Shown here: piece after piece, positions 32,214 through 43,051 of the stretch
Position numbering within the stretch: position 1 is the first letter of the stretch
Layout of the letters: each line of letters begins with the position of its first letter
Source of the DNA: Stramenopiles sp. TOSAG23-2
Lineage: Eukaryota
Assembly: GCA_900128395.1 (NCBI GenBank)
Contig: LT649260.1
Coordinates: 1 to 54,609 of the forward strand
Direction: 5' to 3'
Length of the DNA stretch: 54,609 nucleotides
Made by a program: the position numbers and the translations under genes
The notes under the pieces: model-generated
Database searches by the model: none
Told to the model about the DNA's origin: nothing
Seen by the model: only the letters and a program-made list of their open reading frames with translations

Positions 32214-35200
32214 TCATTCCTTATCAACATCCATTGGCTTTTCTTCACCACCTTCCTCGGTCTTAGATGCTTCACCATCAGTCTTTGCATCTTCACCTTC
32301 GTCACCCTCTGTTTTCTTTCCTTCATCTGTTTTTGTGCCATCTTCAGCGCCACTTTCTTTTGTTGCGCCTTCATCAGTTTTCGTTGCTTCTTCCTCTTTT
32401 ACCGGTTCTGGTTTCTTTTTGTTAACAATAGGTTTACATTTCTTATCCACTTCGGACCAACGCTTAGAAATATCTCCAACTAATAAGACTGGGTCGGCTG
32501 ACAATGGTAATATCTGCTGTTTTTCTTGCTGGTCGGATAACCATTGCTGTGCGCTATTGCAGCAATTACGGACCTCGTCGCGGTCTTCATCTGTTAAATG
32601 TGCATATTTCTCATCGGACCCATTAACAAGACCTAAAAAGGATTCTGTCAATATACGCAATTGATTACATGCATTTGGCCGTCCGTTCGACTCCACTTCT
32701 CTTTGCGTGATTGGCTTTGTTAAATCTTTTAAATCTGATAATTTGTTCACAAAAACTTTTTTTTTCGCATCATCTGCCTCTTCCGTATAAAGCCAATCTT
32801 CCTCCTTTGCTAACCTGTCGTTTATATTTTGTTTTTCTTCATCCGTTGCAAACTGTGAAAGTTGTCTATCCAATTTATCACGGAAGTCGTATACAAACGT
32901 TTCCAAATCATTTCTCGCATCATGCGTCTCGCGTATGATGCGATCTACTTGTGCCATATTTGCTTCTCGTGATTGTTGAGCAACTATAACTTCCCTTGCT
33001 GGCATACCAGTGTAAACGGCTTCTACTTTCAATTGAACGCGCTTGAATTTCTTTTTCTTTTTCTTTGGTTCCTCATTTTTATTTTCCTCCTCGGTTTTTT
33101 TCGCTTCATCTTCCTTTGGTTTCTCACCTTCTTCACCTTCCTTTTTAGCTGCTTCCTCATTACCTTCTTTACTTTCATCTTTCATAGTAACATCTTCCTC
33201 CTCTGGCTGCTCTACTTTTTCTTCCATATACAAAGCAGATTGTGCACGTAATACACCACTGTGATCTTGAGTTAAAAATACTCGGATACGTGGAATTTCA
33301 CCACCAGTTCCTTTGTCTGGCATACCAGAAATAGTAAATTTGGCAATATGTTGATTGCCACCTGGAAATTGCTCATTGCTGACAACAGCATCGTCATAGG
33401 TTGCTTCCAACGTGAATGGCTATACAAAATATATTTATTTTATTTGTTGTTGTTAGTAACGTTAAAGTTGTACATGTGCAATAATAGAGAAGACACAAGT
33501 TTTGTGTTTATATATATATATATAAATTGTAGTGTCACGATCATAGTAACATTAGGTAATGTAATCAAAAAAGATTGCCTAAAATGTAACTAAATGTTAT
33601 GTGACACCAATTTCATCTTGCACTAATTCCTTAGGATTTTGACATCATACCAAAGCCCTTACACATGGAGTGCTGAAGGTTATATCACATGTAAACACGT
33701 AAAAACACATGAAATTTATAATATGTATATGTATCTGTTTATGTCTGTCTGTCGGTGTGTTTGTGTGTCTGTCTGTCTGTCTGTCGGTATGTCTGTCTGT
33801 CTGTCTATGTTTTGTATATCAATATGTTTTATACTTACTTTATTTCTACGAAAGTTGATTTTTCTTGTACCACTGATACCATTTTTAGAAAATAATGTTA
33901 AGGAATTGACACCTTTACTTTCTACACCTGCACCGCCATCTTCTTCCTCCACCTCCATTTTATTTTCATCTGCAGCTTCAACTACATCTGTTTGGTCCCA
34001 AGAAATTGTTATTGGGTATTGCGTGCCATGTTGGATCTCAAAGGCTTTTACGTTGAATTTTGGTGAGATCATAGCACATTGCAATGCACAACCATGTCCT
34101 GCAGATTCATCCATATCCATAGTTGTCATTAATCCATAATTTGGTTCAACAGGTTCAAGGCCGAAAAATCCACCAATCTTCCTTTTAAATTGAGCCATGC
34201 GCATTGTACCTCCCGTCGCTTCGATGCTTTTTAAATCACTATTTTGAATGCCAACTTCATTCAATGCTTGTTGTATTGGAACTATCATACGATCAGCTAA
34301 AGGTGCGCAAATTTCTTCCAATTCCTCTCGTGTCAATGTTACATTCACTAAATCCCTATCGTTCATTAAGCATTCCACATTTATTTTCACCGATGGAATA
34401 CCACCAGCTAAATTTTTCTTTGCTTTTCCTGCAGCAATTAATAATTTAATATACGCTTTTGGATTCGCTTCCCTGCTCGCATCTAAGCCCGTCTTTGCTT
34501 TAAACTCTGCAACTAATTTATTTGCAATTGCAATGTCGATAATACGTCCACCTAAGAAACGATCATGTGTTGTTGAAAGTACACGCATAGTACCTGTTTT
34601 AAAATGTACAATAGATACAGTGTATTGTGTTGCACCACAATTTATGAACATGGTATAGAAATTTTCTTGGCCATCAAATGCTTTTCGTTGATTTTTCCAA
34701 ATGCCATAATTCAATGCCACTGCAGTGGTATCACTCATCACCCCTAAACATGCAACATTTGCAATTTCACAAGCAGCTAATACTTCATGTCGTTGGGCAT
34801 CGGTAAACCAAGCTGGAACACTTATCACGACATCGGAAGTCTTCACGCCTGGAGTATCAGCAATGGCATCACGTTGGAGTTGTCCAATCAACATAGCAAG
34901 TAGTTGCGTAGCCGTAAATTCTTCATCTTCGCCATCAACTTGTAATGTTGCAACCAATTCCCCAGGAGTTTTTTTGCTTTCACTGAACATTTTAGCATAT
35001 GGTAAAAGCGATAACTCTTTCTCCGTATCTGGTAAACCTAATTTCCGTCCAATTAAACGATTGATGTACCATACTGTATTTTTGTAATTTGATTTGACCA
35101 TAGTATCCGCATTTGCAGCTAATGCACGTTCTTTGCCACTGATGGACACAAGGGTACTGCTACGTCGTTGCGATGCACCATTTAAGACGGTTTTAATACC

Positions 35201-35263
35201 ACCTTTTTGTGCTTGTGCAATAACACTATACGCACCACCTAAATCAATTCCAATAACAGACAT
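32214..35263 (-). CDS. Hsp110/SSE-type Hsp70-family chaperone, two exons (35263-33839, 33419-32214)
   Basis: 'MSVIGIDLG', 'VISVPAWFTDAQR', 'DRFLGGR.ID', 'ARNDLETFVYDFRDKL', 'EEDWLY', C-terminal 'MDVD'. A 419-nt phase-0 intron GTAAGT...TACTAAC...TAG (33838-33420) joins 'FRRNK|PFTLEATY'. Confidence 0.92.
33743..33806. repeat. Imperfect (GTCT)n microsatellite in the Hsp110 intron
   Basis: gtctgtctgtcggtgtgtttgtgtgtctgtctgtctgtctgtcggtatgtctgtctgtctgtct. Confidence 0.85.
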
Positions 35264-35708
35264 TATTATATATATTTATTAATTTTTATTACTATATTTA
35301 TTATATGTATATATATATATATCTTATACAATCAATGTCTTTTTTCTTGGTGTATATAATATATTTTGATCTTCTTTTATATATTTTTCAGTTTTTCTAA
35401 ATGACACTAAACAAATTGCAATAATTATTATCATCAATGTGTTGTGATCACCTTTGCATTTGTTTCTGTATCAACATATATCTCTGGATGGGATTTCTTT
35501 TTCTCTTTGTTTCTTCTTCTAGAAGAAAAATTCTATCGGAAAAATATTGATAGGCATGTAATTTAATAGTCTAAGAAATTAATATGGATTGATAATGTAA
35601 TTTTGAATCGATATTTTATACTTAAGTAATTGATGTCAGTCCAAAAAATAAAAAAATTGTGGTAATTTTTTTATTTATTATTAGAATTATTGAAAACTGA
35701 AAACAACA

Positions 35709-35932
35709 TAGAGTTATTGGCATTAAAGATGGTGAATTTAAATTTCTTTTATTTTTTTCGACTTTCTCTCTAGTATCTAAATAGCATTACATGTATAGTT
35801 TAAGGTATTGTAGTAAATCCCCCTGAAATTGTGTGTGTAATGCTATGTTTATATACTAAAGGGTCTGGGAAAAAAAAGTTAAAAAAAAATAAAACACATT
35901 ATAATTTGCCATCTTTAACGTCAACAACTCTA
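35709..35932. repeat. Degenerate long inverted repeat (old foldback element)
   Basis: TAGAGTTATTGGCATTAAAGATGGTGAATT pairs with AATTTGCCATCTTTAACGTCAACAACTCTA. The inner TAGTATCTAAATAGCATTACA pairs with TGTAATGCTATGTTTATATACTA. Confidence 0.75.
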
Positions 35933-36110
35933 AAATGATTTATTTCTTATTTTATCGGGAATTTTAATAGGGGATGATGAGATTACTATACGTAAATTTC
36001 ATACTGACCTTCTGGAAGAACATTTTGTAATTTTTAGGTGTGCTTTTTTGAAAAATGAAAAATGTTGGCTTTTTTTGTGGTCGGAGGGAGTTTAATGCTG
36101 TGTCCATGCC

Positions 36111-36272
36111 TTATTGATCCTGGTCACTATTTAAAACAGTACACTATTGATTTTATAAAATAGCATATGTATAGCATTGTAACAAAAGATTATTGATCCT
36201 GGTCACTATTTAAAACAGTACACTATTGATTTAATAAAATAGCATCTGTATAGCATTGTAACAAAAGATTAT
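36111..36272. repeat. 79-bp tandem duplication with two substitutions
   Basis: TTATTGATCCTGGTCACTATTTAAAACAG...AACAAAAGA starts at 36111 and again at 36190. Confidence 0.9.
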
Positions 36273-36962
36273 ATATTTAGCATTATCACGTCCGCAGTCC
36301 CCAATCCCCACATCAGAATATCAGGAATCAGGAATAGCGAGACATGTATCACGATTTACATTGTTGTTGCCTTTGGTATATATTTCGGTAATTTCCATTC
36401 TTCCCTTTAAATTTAAATTCATTAAAGTTACAATAATAGTGAATGCACGAATGGTGTTATTTGGTGGACTTACACTGTGAAAAATAAATGATTAAGAAAA
36501 TGTCTTCGGTCTTCGGTATTCTAATTTCCATTCAATTGTAGATATAGCGATCTGCAAAATAATTGTGCCATCCCTTTTCCATATAGTAGTGAATAAAATA
36601 GTTTTATTTTTGAGTATGAGAGTACATAAAATTCTAAACGATCTCCTGGATCATCTGCAAAATAATTCCATAGTGAATAGTTTTATTATTTTTGGTGGTG
36701 GACTTAGATAGGTAATGATAGATTCATACCACTTTTGCACTTTTTGGGACCGGGACTTTTCTGGTACAAAGTCCTTAAAAATACTAAAATAGATTGTCTG
36801 AAAAACATTGGTGGTATATATATATACCAATTGGATGGATCAGTATGTGTGCATGATATATTGATCACTATATTCATCACAACTAACTACTTCAAAACAT
36901 TACACCGCTTATCCTCCTCCTCCTCTTCCTCCTAATCCTAATCATCACTACTACTACAAATA

Positions 36963-38642
36963 ATGAGTAACAATAACGAGGGTCAAATGCGTTTAGATGC
37001 ATTAAATATATTAGGATTAACAGAAAATCAAGATAATGAGAAAGAAATTAGACAAGCCTATTTATTAAAAAGTCGAATCTATCATCCAGATAAACGAAAT
37101 CGTATGATAAATAATAATAATAATAATAATCATGAAATGTTTTACATTATAAAAGAAGCATATGAATATTTATTGTCCAAAAATATCATGGAAGAATATT
37201 TTTGTGTATCTAGTGATAATAATGGATCTAGTGTGTCATTTAATAAACAAAACCCTTCATTATTTTCCAATAATAATAATAATAATAATAATACAAATGA
37301 AAATGTAAATAATAATGAAAACAATAATAATACAACGAACGATGATGTAGCTGATGATAATAATAATTCTACTGTTACGTTTCTCTTATGTCCTTTATGC
37401 AATCAACCATTTAAAAAAGGCAGACCATTACGTGCCCATTTGCAATCACCAAAACATGATCTATCTGATGCATCAACGCCATCATTAGCAAATGTCATAA
37501 AAGATGCATTGCAAGGTATTTCGATTGAAGGAAAAGTTGTCTCATCCACTGAACCATATTCAACAACGGCAACGAAAGGATTGAATCAAAAAACATCTAC
37601 ACATGTTGCTGTTAGTATTAAAGGTGTTAGACGTTTAAAATTTCATCCAGAAAAATTAGTAGTATTAAATAGCAATGGTAAAAAAACAAATCAAAATAAT
37701 AACAATCAAAGAGGAAATGGTGTTAGCAAACGTAGGAAAGGTGAAATAACACTTCATCAAGGTAAAATACGAGCAAAAAAAAAAGCAGCTGCAGCTGCTG
37801 CTACGATGGCTTTACGTAAAAAGAAAATATTACATCCTGGTTTGACAGCATGTAGAGATGGTGATTTTCAAGCAGTAAAAGAACTATTAAATAATGGAAG
37901 TTATAATGTTCTTGATGATATAGATAACAATGGATCAAATGGTATACATTGGTGTGCTGGTTCTGGATATTTGGATATATTGAAATATTTATTAAATTGG
38001 TGTAAAATAAAATATGATAAGGATGATATCGTACATTATCGCGATAAACGTAGTGGGCGTAATGCTTTTCATTGGGCAAGTCGTAATGGTCGTATACATA
38101 TATGTCAATATTTATTAGATGAGTATAACATGGATATAAATAGTATTACAAATGATGGTACATCTGCATTTCATTTGACTGCTTGGTCTGGTGAATTTGA
38201 TATGTGTAAATGGCTAGTTGCAAATAAATGTGATCCACATATTATCAATATATTTGGTTGCAATGCAATACATTTTGCCTGTTTAGCTGGAAATTTGAAT
38301 ATGTGTAAATGGTTATATCAAGATTTAAAATTAGATGTGCGATTGGTTCAATTACAAGGCCATCATACATTACACAAGGCAGCATGGGCGGGTCATAAAG
38401 ATATTTGCGAATGGTTACAAGATGATATTGGTATAGATCCTATGAGTAACGTAATGGATAATAAAGGCCATACAGCTGTAAGTAGATATTTATATAGAGA
38501 AACAGAGAGAGATTCTTTATGATATTTTTTAACCTTTTTCATCTCTTCTAACAATATAAAATACACACACACACAGTCAAGACTTGCTGAGATTGCTGGT
38601 CATGTTGAATTAGCAGAATGGTTAGTAAGACATCGCGTGTAA
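36963..38642 (+). CDS. J-domain + C2H2 zinc finger + ankyrin-repeat protein, two exons (36963-38477, 38577-38642)
   Basis: J-domain 'ILGL...EIRQAY.....YHPDK...IKEAYEYL'; 'CPLCNQPFKKGRPLRAHLQSPKH'; about six ankyrin repeats. A 99-nt intron GTAAGT...TCTAAC...CAG restores the last repeat 'GHTA|SRLAEIAGHVELAEWL'. Confidence 0.88.
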
Positions 38643-39083
38643 TTTTCAGTATTGAGATTGTATTTTAAAATATACGGGAGTATGTCGGGAAAACAAGTAT
38701 TTTTAACATGAAACTAAAAAGTATGATGATACAGGGGTGTTTAGATAAAAAGTCATGTAAAAAATTGTAAAAAAAATCTAACGAAATATAACACTTTTCG
38801 CACACTGAACAACAAACAACAAACTACTCACTTTTTGACTCTGGCAAAAAAAACGTTTTTCATCTCTCGCCTTTTTTCTTGTCTCCACACACCAGTCCAA
38901 TACAAGGGCGCACACCTCTAAAAAATTTTTCATAAAAAAAAACATATTTTTAGTACACGAACCAATATCTCTTAAAATATTCTTCATTTTTATAAAACAT
39001 CATTTATTAAAAACACAAAGACATTCCAATTCTATTTATCATATTATCATATTTTGTTTAATTTTTTATTTTTCTCATCTTTC

Positions 39084-39869
39084 TCACTCCTCATCGCCTT
39101 CTTGTCTCCACCATCCAACAATACCTAAACCAGGTTCATTCATACGTCCATGAATTTTCATGCAACTTTCATTTTGTGTATACATATGGTGATGTGGATA
39201 TATTGATGTATTATTATTATTATTATTATTATTGTTATTATTATTATTAGTTGTTGTTGTTGTTGTTGGTTGGATATCAAAACTAACGCTACGTGATCGA
39301 GGTCGAGAAATGGAACGTGATATAGTTGGGCTGACACCTTCATATTTAAGTATGGCTTCCTGTTGGCTTGTCACCGTTGCCAATGTCCGTTTTGCGCTTT
39401 GCTTTTTATTTATAAATTCTGTTTTATATACTTTAAAATTTACAATATCGTCAGTAAACAATATAAAATCAGTCCCTTTGTATTTCCACACCCATTCTTT
39501 TCCGTCAAAAACACAAGGTGCTGGTAATTGAGAAGCTTGAATATATACGTGGTCAAAAAAAGGATATAATGTTACAACGACACCTTCCTCGTCTTGCTTA
39601 TAAATAGTGCCTTGCAATACTTCGCCAACGAATGGGCCAAATACTAATAGTCTGAATTTAACCATAGTATATGCCGAACCTTCACCTTGGTATATCTGCG
39701 ATTCCTCAATTTGGATGATATCATATAACGATACTACTAAACCAACATCTTGTAATATATTATTCGAATATTTTTCATTAATTAAAAATTTAATTACATC
39801 TTCTAAATTATCACCAAAATATTCCGGCTGGACGACGATGATATCTTTCCTCTCTACTAATATAAACAT
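39084..39869 (-). CDS. POLR3H: RNA polymerase III subunit RPC8/RPC25
   Basis: 'MFILVERKDII.V.P..F', 'INEKYSN.I..DVGL.VSLYDI', 'GEGSAY..VKFRLLVF.PFVGEVL.G', C-terminal 'EPGLGIVGWW'. ATG at 39869. Confidence 0.9.
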   Translation of the reverse strand: MFILVERKDIIVVQPEYFGDNLEDVIKFLINEKYSNNILQDVGLVVSLYDIIQIEESQIYQGEGSAYTMVKFRLLVFGPFVGEVLQGTIYKQDEEGVVVTLYPFFDHVYIQASQLPAPCVFDGKEWVWKYKGTDFILFTDDIVNFKVYKTEFINKKQSAKRTLATVTSQQEAILKYEGVSPTISRSISRPRSRSVSFDIQPTTTTTTNNNNNNNNNNNNNTSIYPHHHMYTQNESCMKIHGRMNEPGLGIVGWWRQEGDEE

Positions 39870-41318
39870 GGTCGTTGCTGTTATTATTATTATTTTACAT
39901 GAATATACAGAAAATGAACAGAGAAAAAAAATGTATAAGCCAACAGCCAACAAATATATATATATATGTGAACAATCAATCTATGTTAATGTAAAAAAGA
40001 TATTTATGGTGATTTGTACTTAAAGATAATTTATAGTATACTAAAAATGCATAAATCCTATTTATCCCTAAAATAAAAAAAATATTTATAGACTGGAACT
40101 TAAACTGGAGAACTGGAGTACTTTTTCTTTGAAAAGTCTAGTAATAGGACCTAGATTACTGTAGTACCAGATGATGGATATGAGTATACAATATATAACT
40201 TAATTATTCCCGATCAACGTATCTTGTTATTTACTTTACTTTGTATTGCACTATTGTTTCTTTCTAAATTTTGTTTTGTTTGTTGAATAAAATAGTTTAA
40301 ATATGACAAATGACAAATGACGACTACAGATATATATATTATGTCATATAAACTAACAACTAACAACCAAGAACCCAGAAGATATTAACGTCTACGTCTC
40401 ACGAATATTAAGGGATGAGATATGAGTGAGCTGTTTTGATATATTATATTCTAATTTCCGATTTCCGCATTCAAAGTTACCCGACACAATCGTGTATACT
40501 CGTATACTCGCTCTGGAATACCAGAATACAAAATCTGATAGGGATATAAATTGATATGATGCTATGTGTATATTATCTTCGAATACAGTGCTATACACAT
40601 CCTATTTTTAAAAAACAATAGTGTATCGTTTTAATTAGTGACAGGATCGAGGAGCGGAGCGAGTATACTTTCAAGTATTACATATTTTAGTCATTTGATA
40701 GGTGTGAAACCGAAATCGATGAGTATAAGGAGTAAGGAATAAGGAGTAAGAGTAAAAGAGTATATTGGAGTATTCTAATTTCCGCTTTCAAGTATAAATT
40801 ATGTGTCATTTGATAGGTAGACAGTGAAAAAAACACCAACATTTTTAATTAAATCGAAAAAAATGAAGAACTAAGAAATACATCAATATATTATCTGTAT
40901 GGAAAATATCCAACACCAAATATCAAAAAAAAAAAAACATTTGAGATGACATCATTGCCATAAAATACTAAAAACATGCTATGCTCCTGAGGAAACTTAG
41001 TGTTATTTTACTGATAGTTTCCTGGGAGTAGTCGCAACATTACATCTATATTATTGTTTCTATATCTAACATTACCATTATTCCCATTTTGGTATATCTA
41101 GTTTTGTATATATCCGAGCAATGTTCAATATGATTATTTTTTTATGATCCCCCAAATAACATAGACTATTATACTTAGTAGTATATATATATATATATTG
41201 TTGAAGGATGAAATTGCAAAGTGTATATATCGATAGTGTATCAGGGAAGAAAACAATAACATTTACATCATATATTCATTTTGTGTCTGTTTGTGAGAGA
41301 GGTAATTGTAAGAACAAT

Positions 41319-42521
41319 ATGGCATCGTTAACGGTAAATGTATCGACTATAGTAGAAGAAGAAATACAACAAGCAAAGGCATTGGACGCTGTTCAATTAC
41401 GTTTAGCTATTAAACAATTACGAAAAGCTAGGATTAAAATAGATAAATTAAATTCTGGATATGTAAAGGACCAGTTGAAAAAGACGCTAGAACGTACCAT
41501 GGCTGTATTGGCGTTGGTAAGTGTCCCAAGGGGAGGATGTATCGGTGAGAATCAAGGCGTAGGTACTACTATCGCTGCTATGGGTTCTGAAATTGTATCT
41601 CGTGAAGATTTAATAGTTTTATTTACGCATGTTATTTTCTTACAAAATAATTTTATGTGCCAATGTTCGAATGGTGCTTTGCCAACAGATTGGTCAGACA
41701 AAGCTGGTGGTTATTCTATTACATATACACATCCAAAAATCGATAATTTTAGAATAGGTTTAAAAGGTCTTGTAGTAGATGGTAAAATTTTACTGCATGT
41801 AGGTATAGATGGAGATAGTAAAGTATATGATTTCGAGACTAACTCAAATTTATATCTTGAAAGCCATGTCAAAATACCAAACGATACATTAAAATTAAAT
41901 GCCAAAACGATTGATGGCACGCTTCAATATGCACGCGCTATAAATTCATGTTTTAAAGAAAAAGATGGTATGAAAATTTTAAGAGGTAACGTAGAAACAG
42001 AATTAGTGAAGAAAATATTAAATACTGCTGGAAGTAATGGCAATAGTAATAATAATAACAATATGAAGGTTGAGGATGATAAAAAACGCCAAAAAAGAAG
42101 CAATGATAATAATAATAACCCATCATTACGTATACCACCAACGAATCCATTTGGTGGTGTTGGTATGCCTTCAATACAACCACCATTAGTAAATGTAGGG
42201 CATGATGATTTAGGTCCAAATTTAGGTGGTATGATGGGTGGAGTTGGACGTGGTGGTGGTGGTGGTGGAAGTTTAGTTGGGCCAAATCATCCAATGTTCA
42301 ATGGACGCAATAATATGCAAGATCCACGATTTGGTGGTGGTAGAGGCCAAGTACCTCCAGGTGTACCCCCTGGTGCACGTTTTGATCCATTTGGTCCAGG
42401 TGTGCCACGTCCAAGACGCTTTCCACAGAATGGTAGAGGTAGAGGTGGTTTTACTGGTGGTATGCCAGATAATGATCATCTAAGAATGCCTGGTGGTGAG
42501 GAAGATTTTATGTATATGTAA
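41319..42521 (+). CDS. PSMF1: Proteasome inhibitor PI31-like protein
   Basis: FP-domain-like 'H..FLQNNF...LPTDW....YSITYTH'; Pro/Gly-rich tail with 'VG.DDL.P', 'VGPNHPMF', 'VPPGARFDPFGP', 'PDNDH'; HbYX-type C-terminus 'MYM'. Confidence 0.88.
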   Translation: MASLTVNVSTIVEEEIQQAKALDAVQLRLAIKQLRKARIKIDKLNSGYVKDQLKKTLERTMAVLALVSVPRGGCIGENQGVGTTIAAMGSEIVSREDLIVLFTHVIFLQNNFMCQCSNGALPTDWSDKAGGYSITYTHPKIDNFRIGLKGLVVDGKILLHVGIDGDSKVYDFETNSNLYLESHVKIPNDTLKLNAKTIDGTLQYARAINSCFKEKDGMKILRGNVETELVKKILNTAGSNGNSNNNNNMKVEDDKKRQKRSNDNNNNPSLRIPPTNPFGGVGMPSIQPPLVNVGHDDLGPNLGGMMGGVGRGGGGGGSLVGPNHPMFNGRNNMQDPRFGGGRGQVPPGVPPGARFDPFGPGVPRPRRFPQNGRGRGGFTGGMPDNDHLRMPGGEEDFMYM

Positions 42522-43051
42522 AATATATATGTGAAAATTGTTTTTTTATTAAAAATTAGTTATAGTTCGTTCGTATTTCTCAGTGTAGTCGTATTTATAA
42601 ATTAATACGTGTTCGTTTTGTTCGTAAAAAAGTACGAAGTCGTATGATATGTGTGATGTGTGATGTGTGTAATATATGCATACCAGTAGTTGCAGTATGT
42701 ACGAGAAAGAAAAGAGTTTGAGTAAATATGAAATATGAAATACGTTGTCGTATAATATGACACACACCACATTTTATTTAGAATTTAAAATTTAAATTTT
42801 AAATATTTTAAATTTTTACATTTTTTCATGTGGTACATCATATCATACCTCTCCTTAAATTATTAATTATTATTCTTCTTCTTTTTTTTGAATAAAACTC
42901 TCTTTGCCACCCTTTTCCCCTTACTTGGCTTACAATTTTTCTTTCTCGCGTGTATCATATTTATTTTATATTAAAAAAATATAAACATATGTACATAATA
43001 TTACTACACGTCATCTGAGATTTTTTAACTAGTCGCTTGTCCATTTTGTAT

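Noticed and set aside
33716-33838. C-terminal 'DRQT' repeat of the 515-aa Hsp70-like ORF
   Set aside because: It is read-through into the intron's (GTCT)n microsatellite; splicing at 33838 joins the real second exon.
39084-39869. Functional link between Pol III subunit RPC8 and the unusual tRNA
   Set aside because: They are 19 kb apart with unrelated genes between; nothing beyond co-occurrence supports it.
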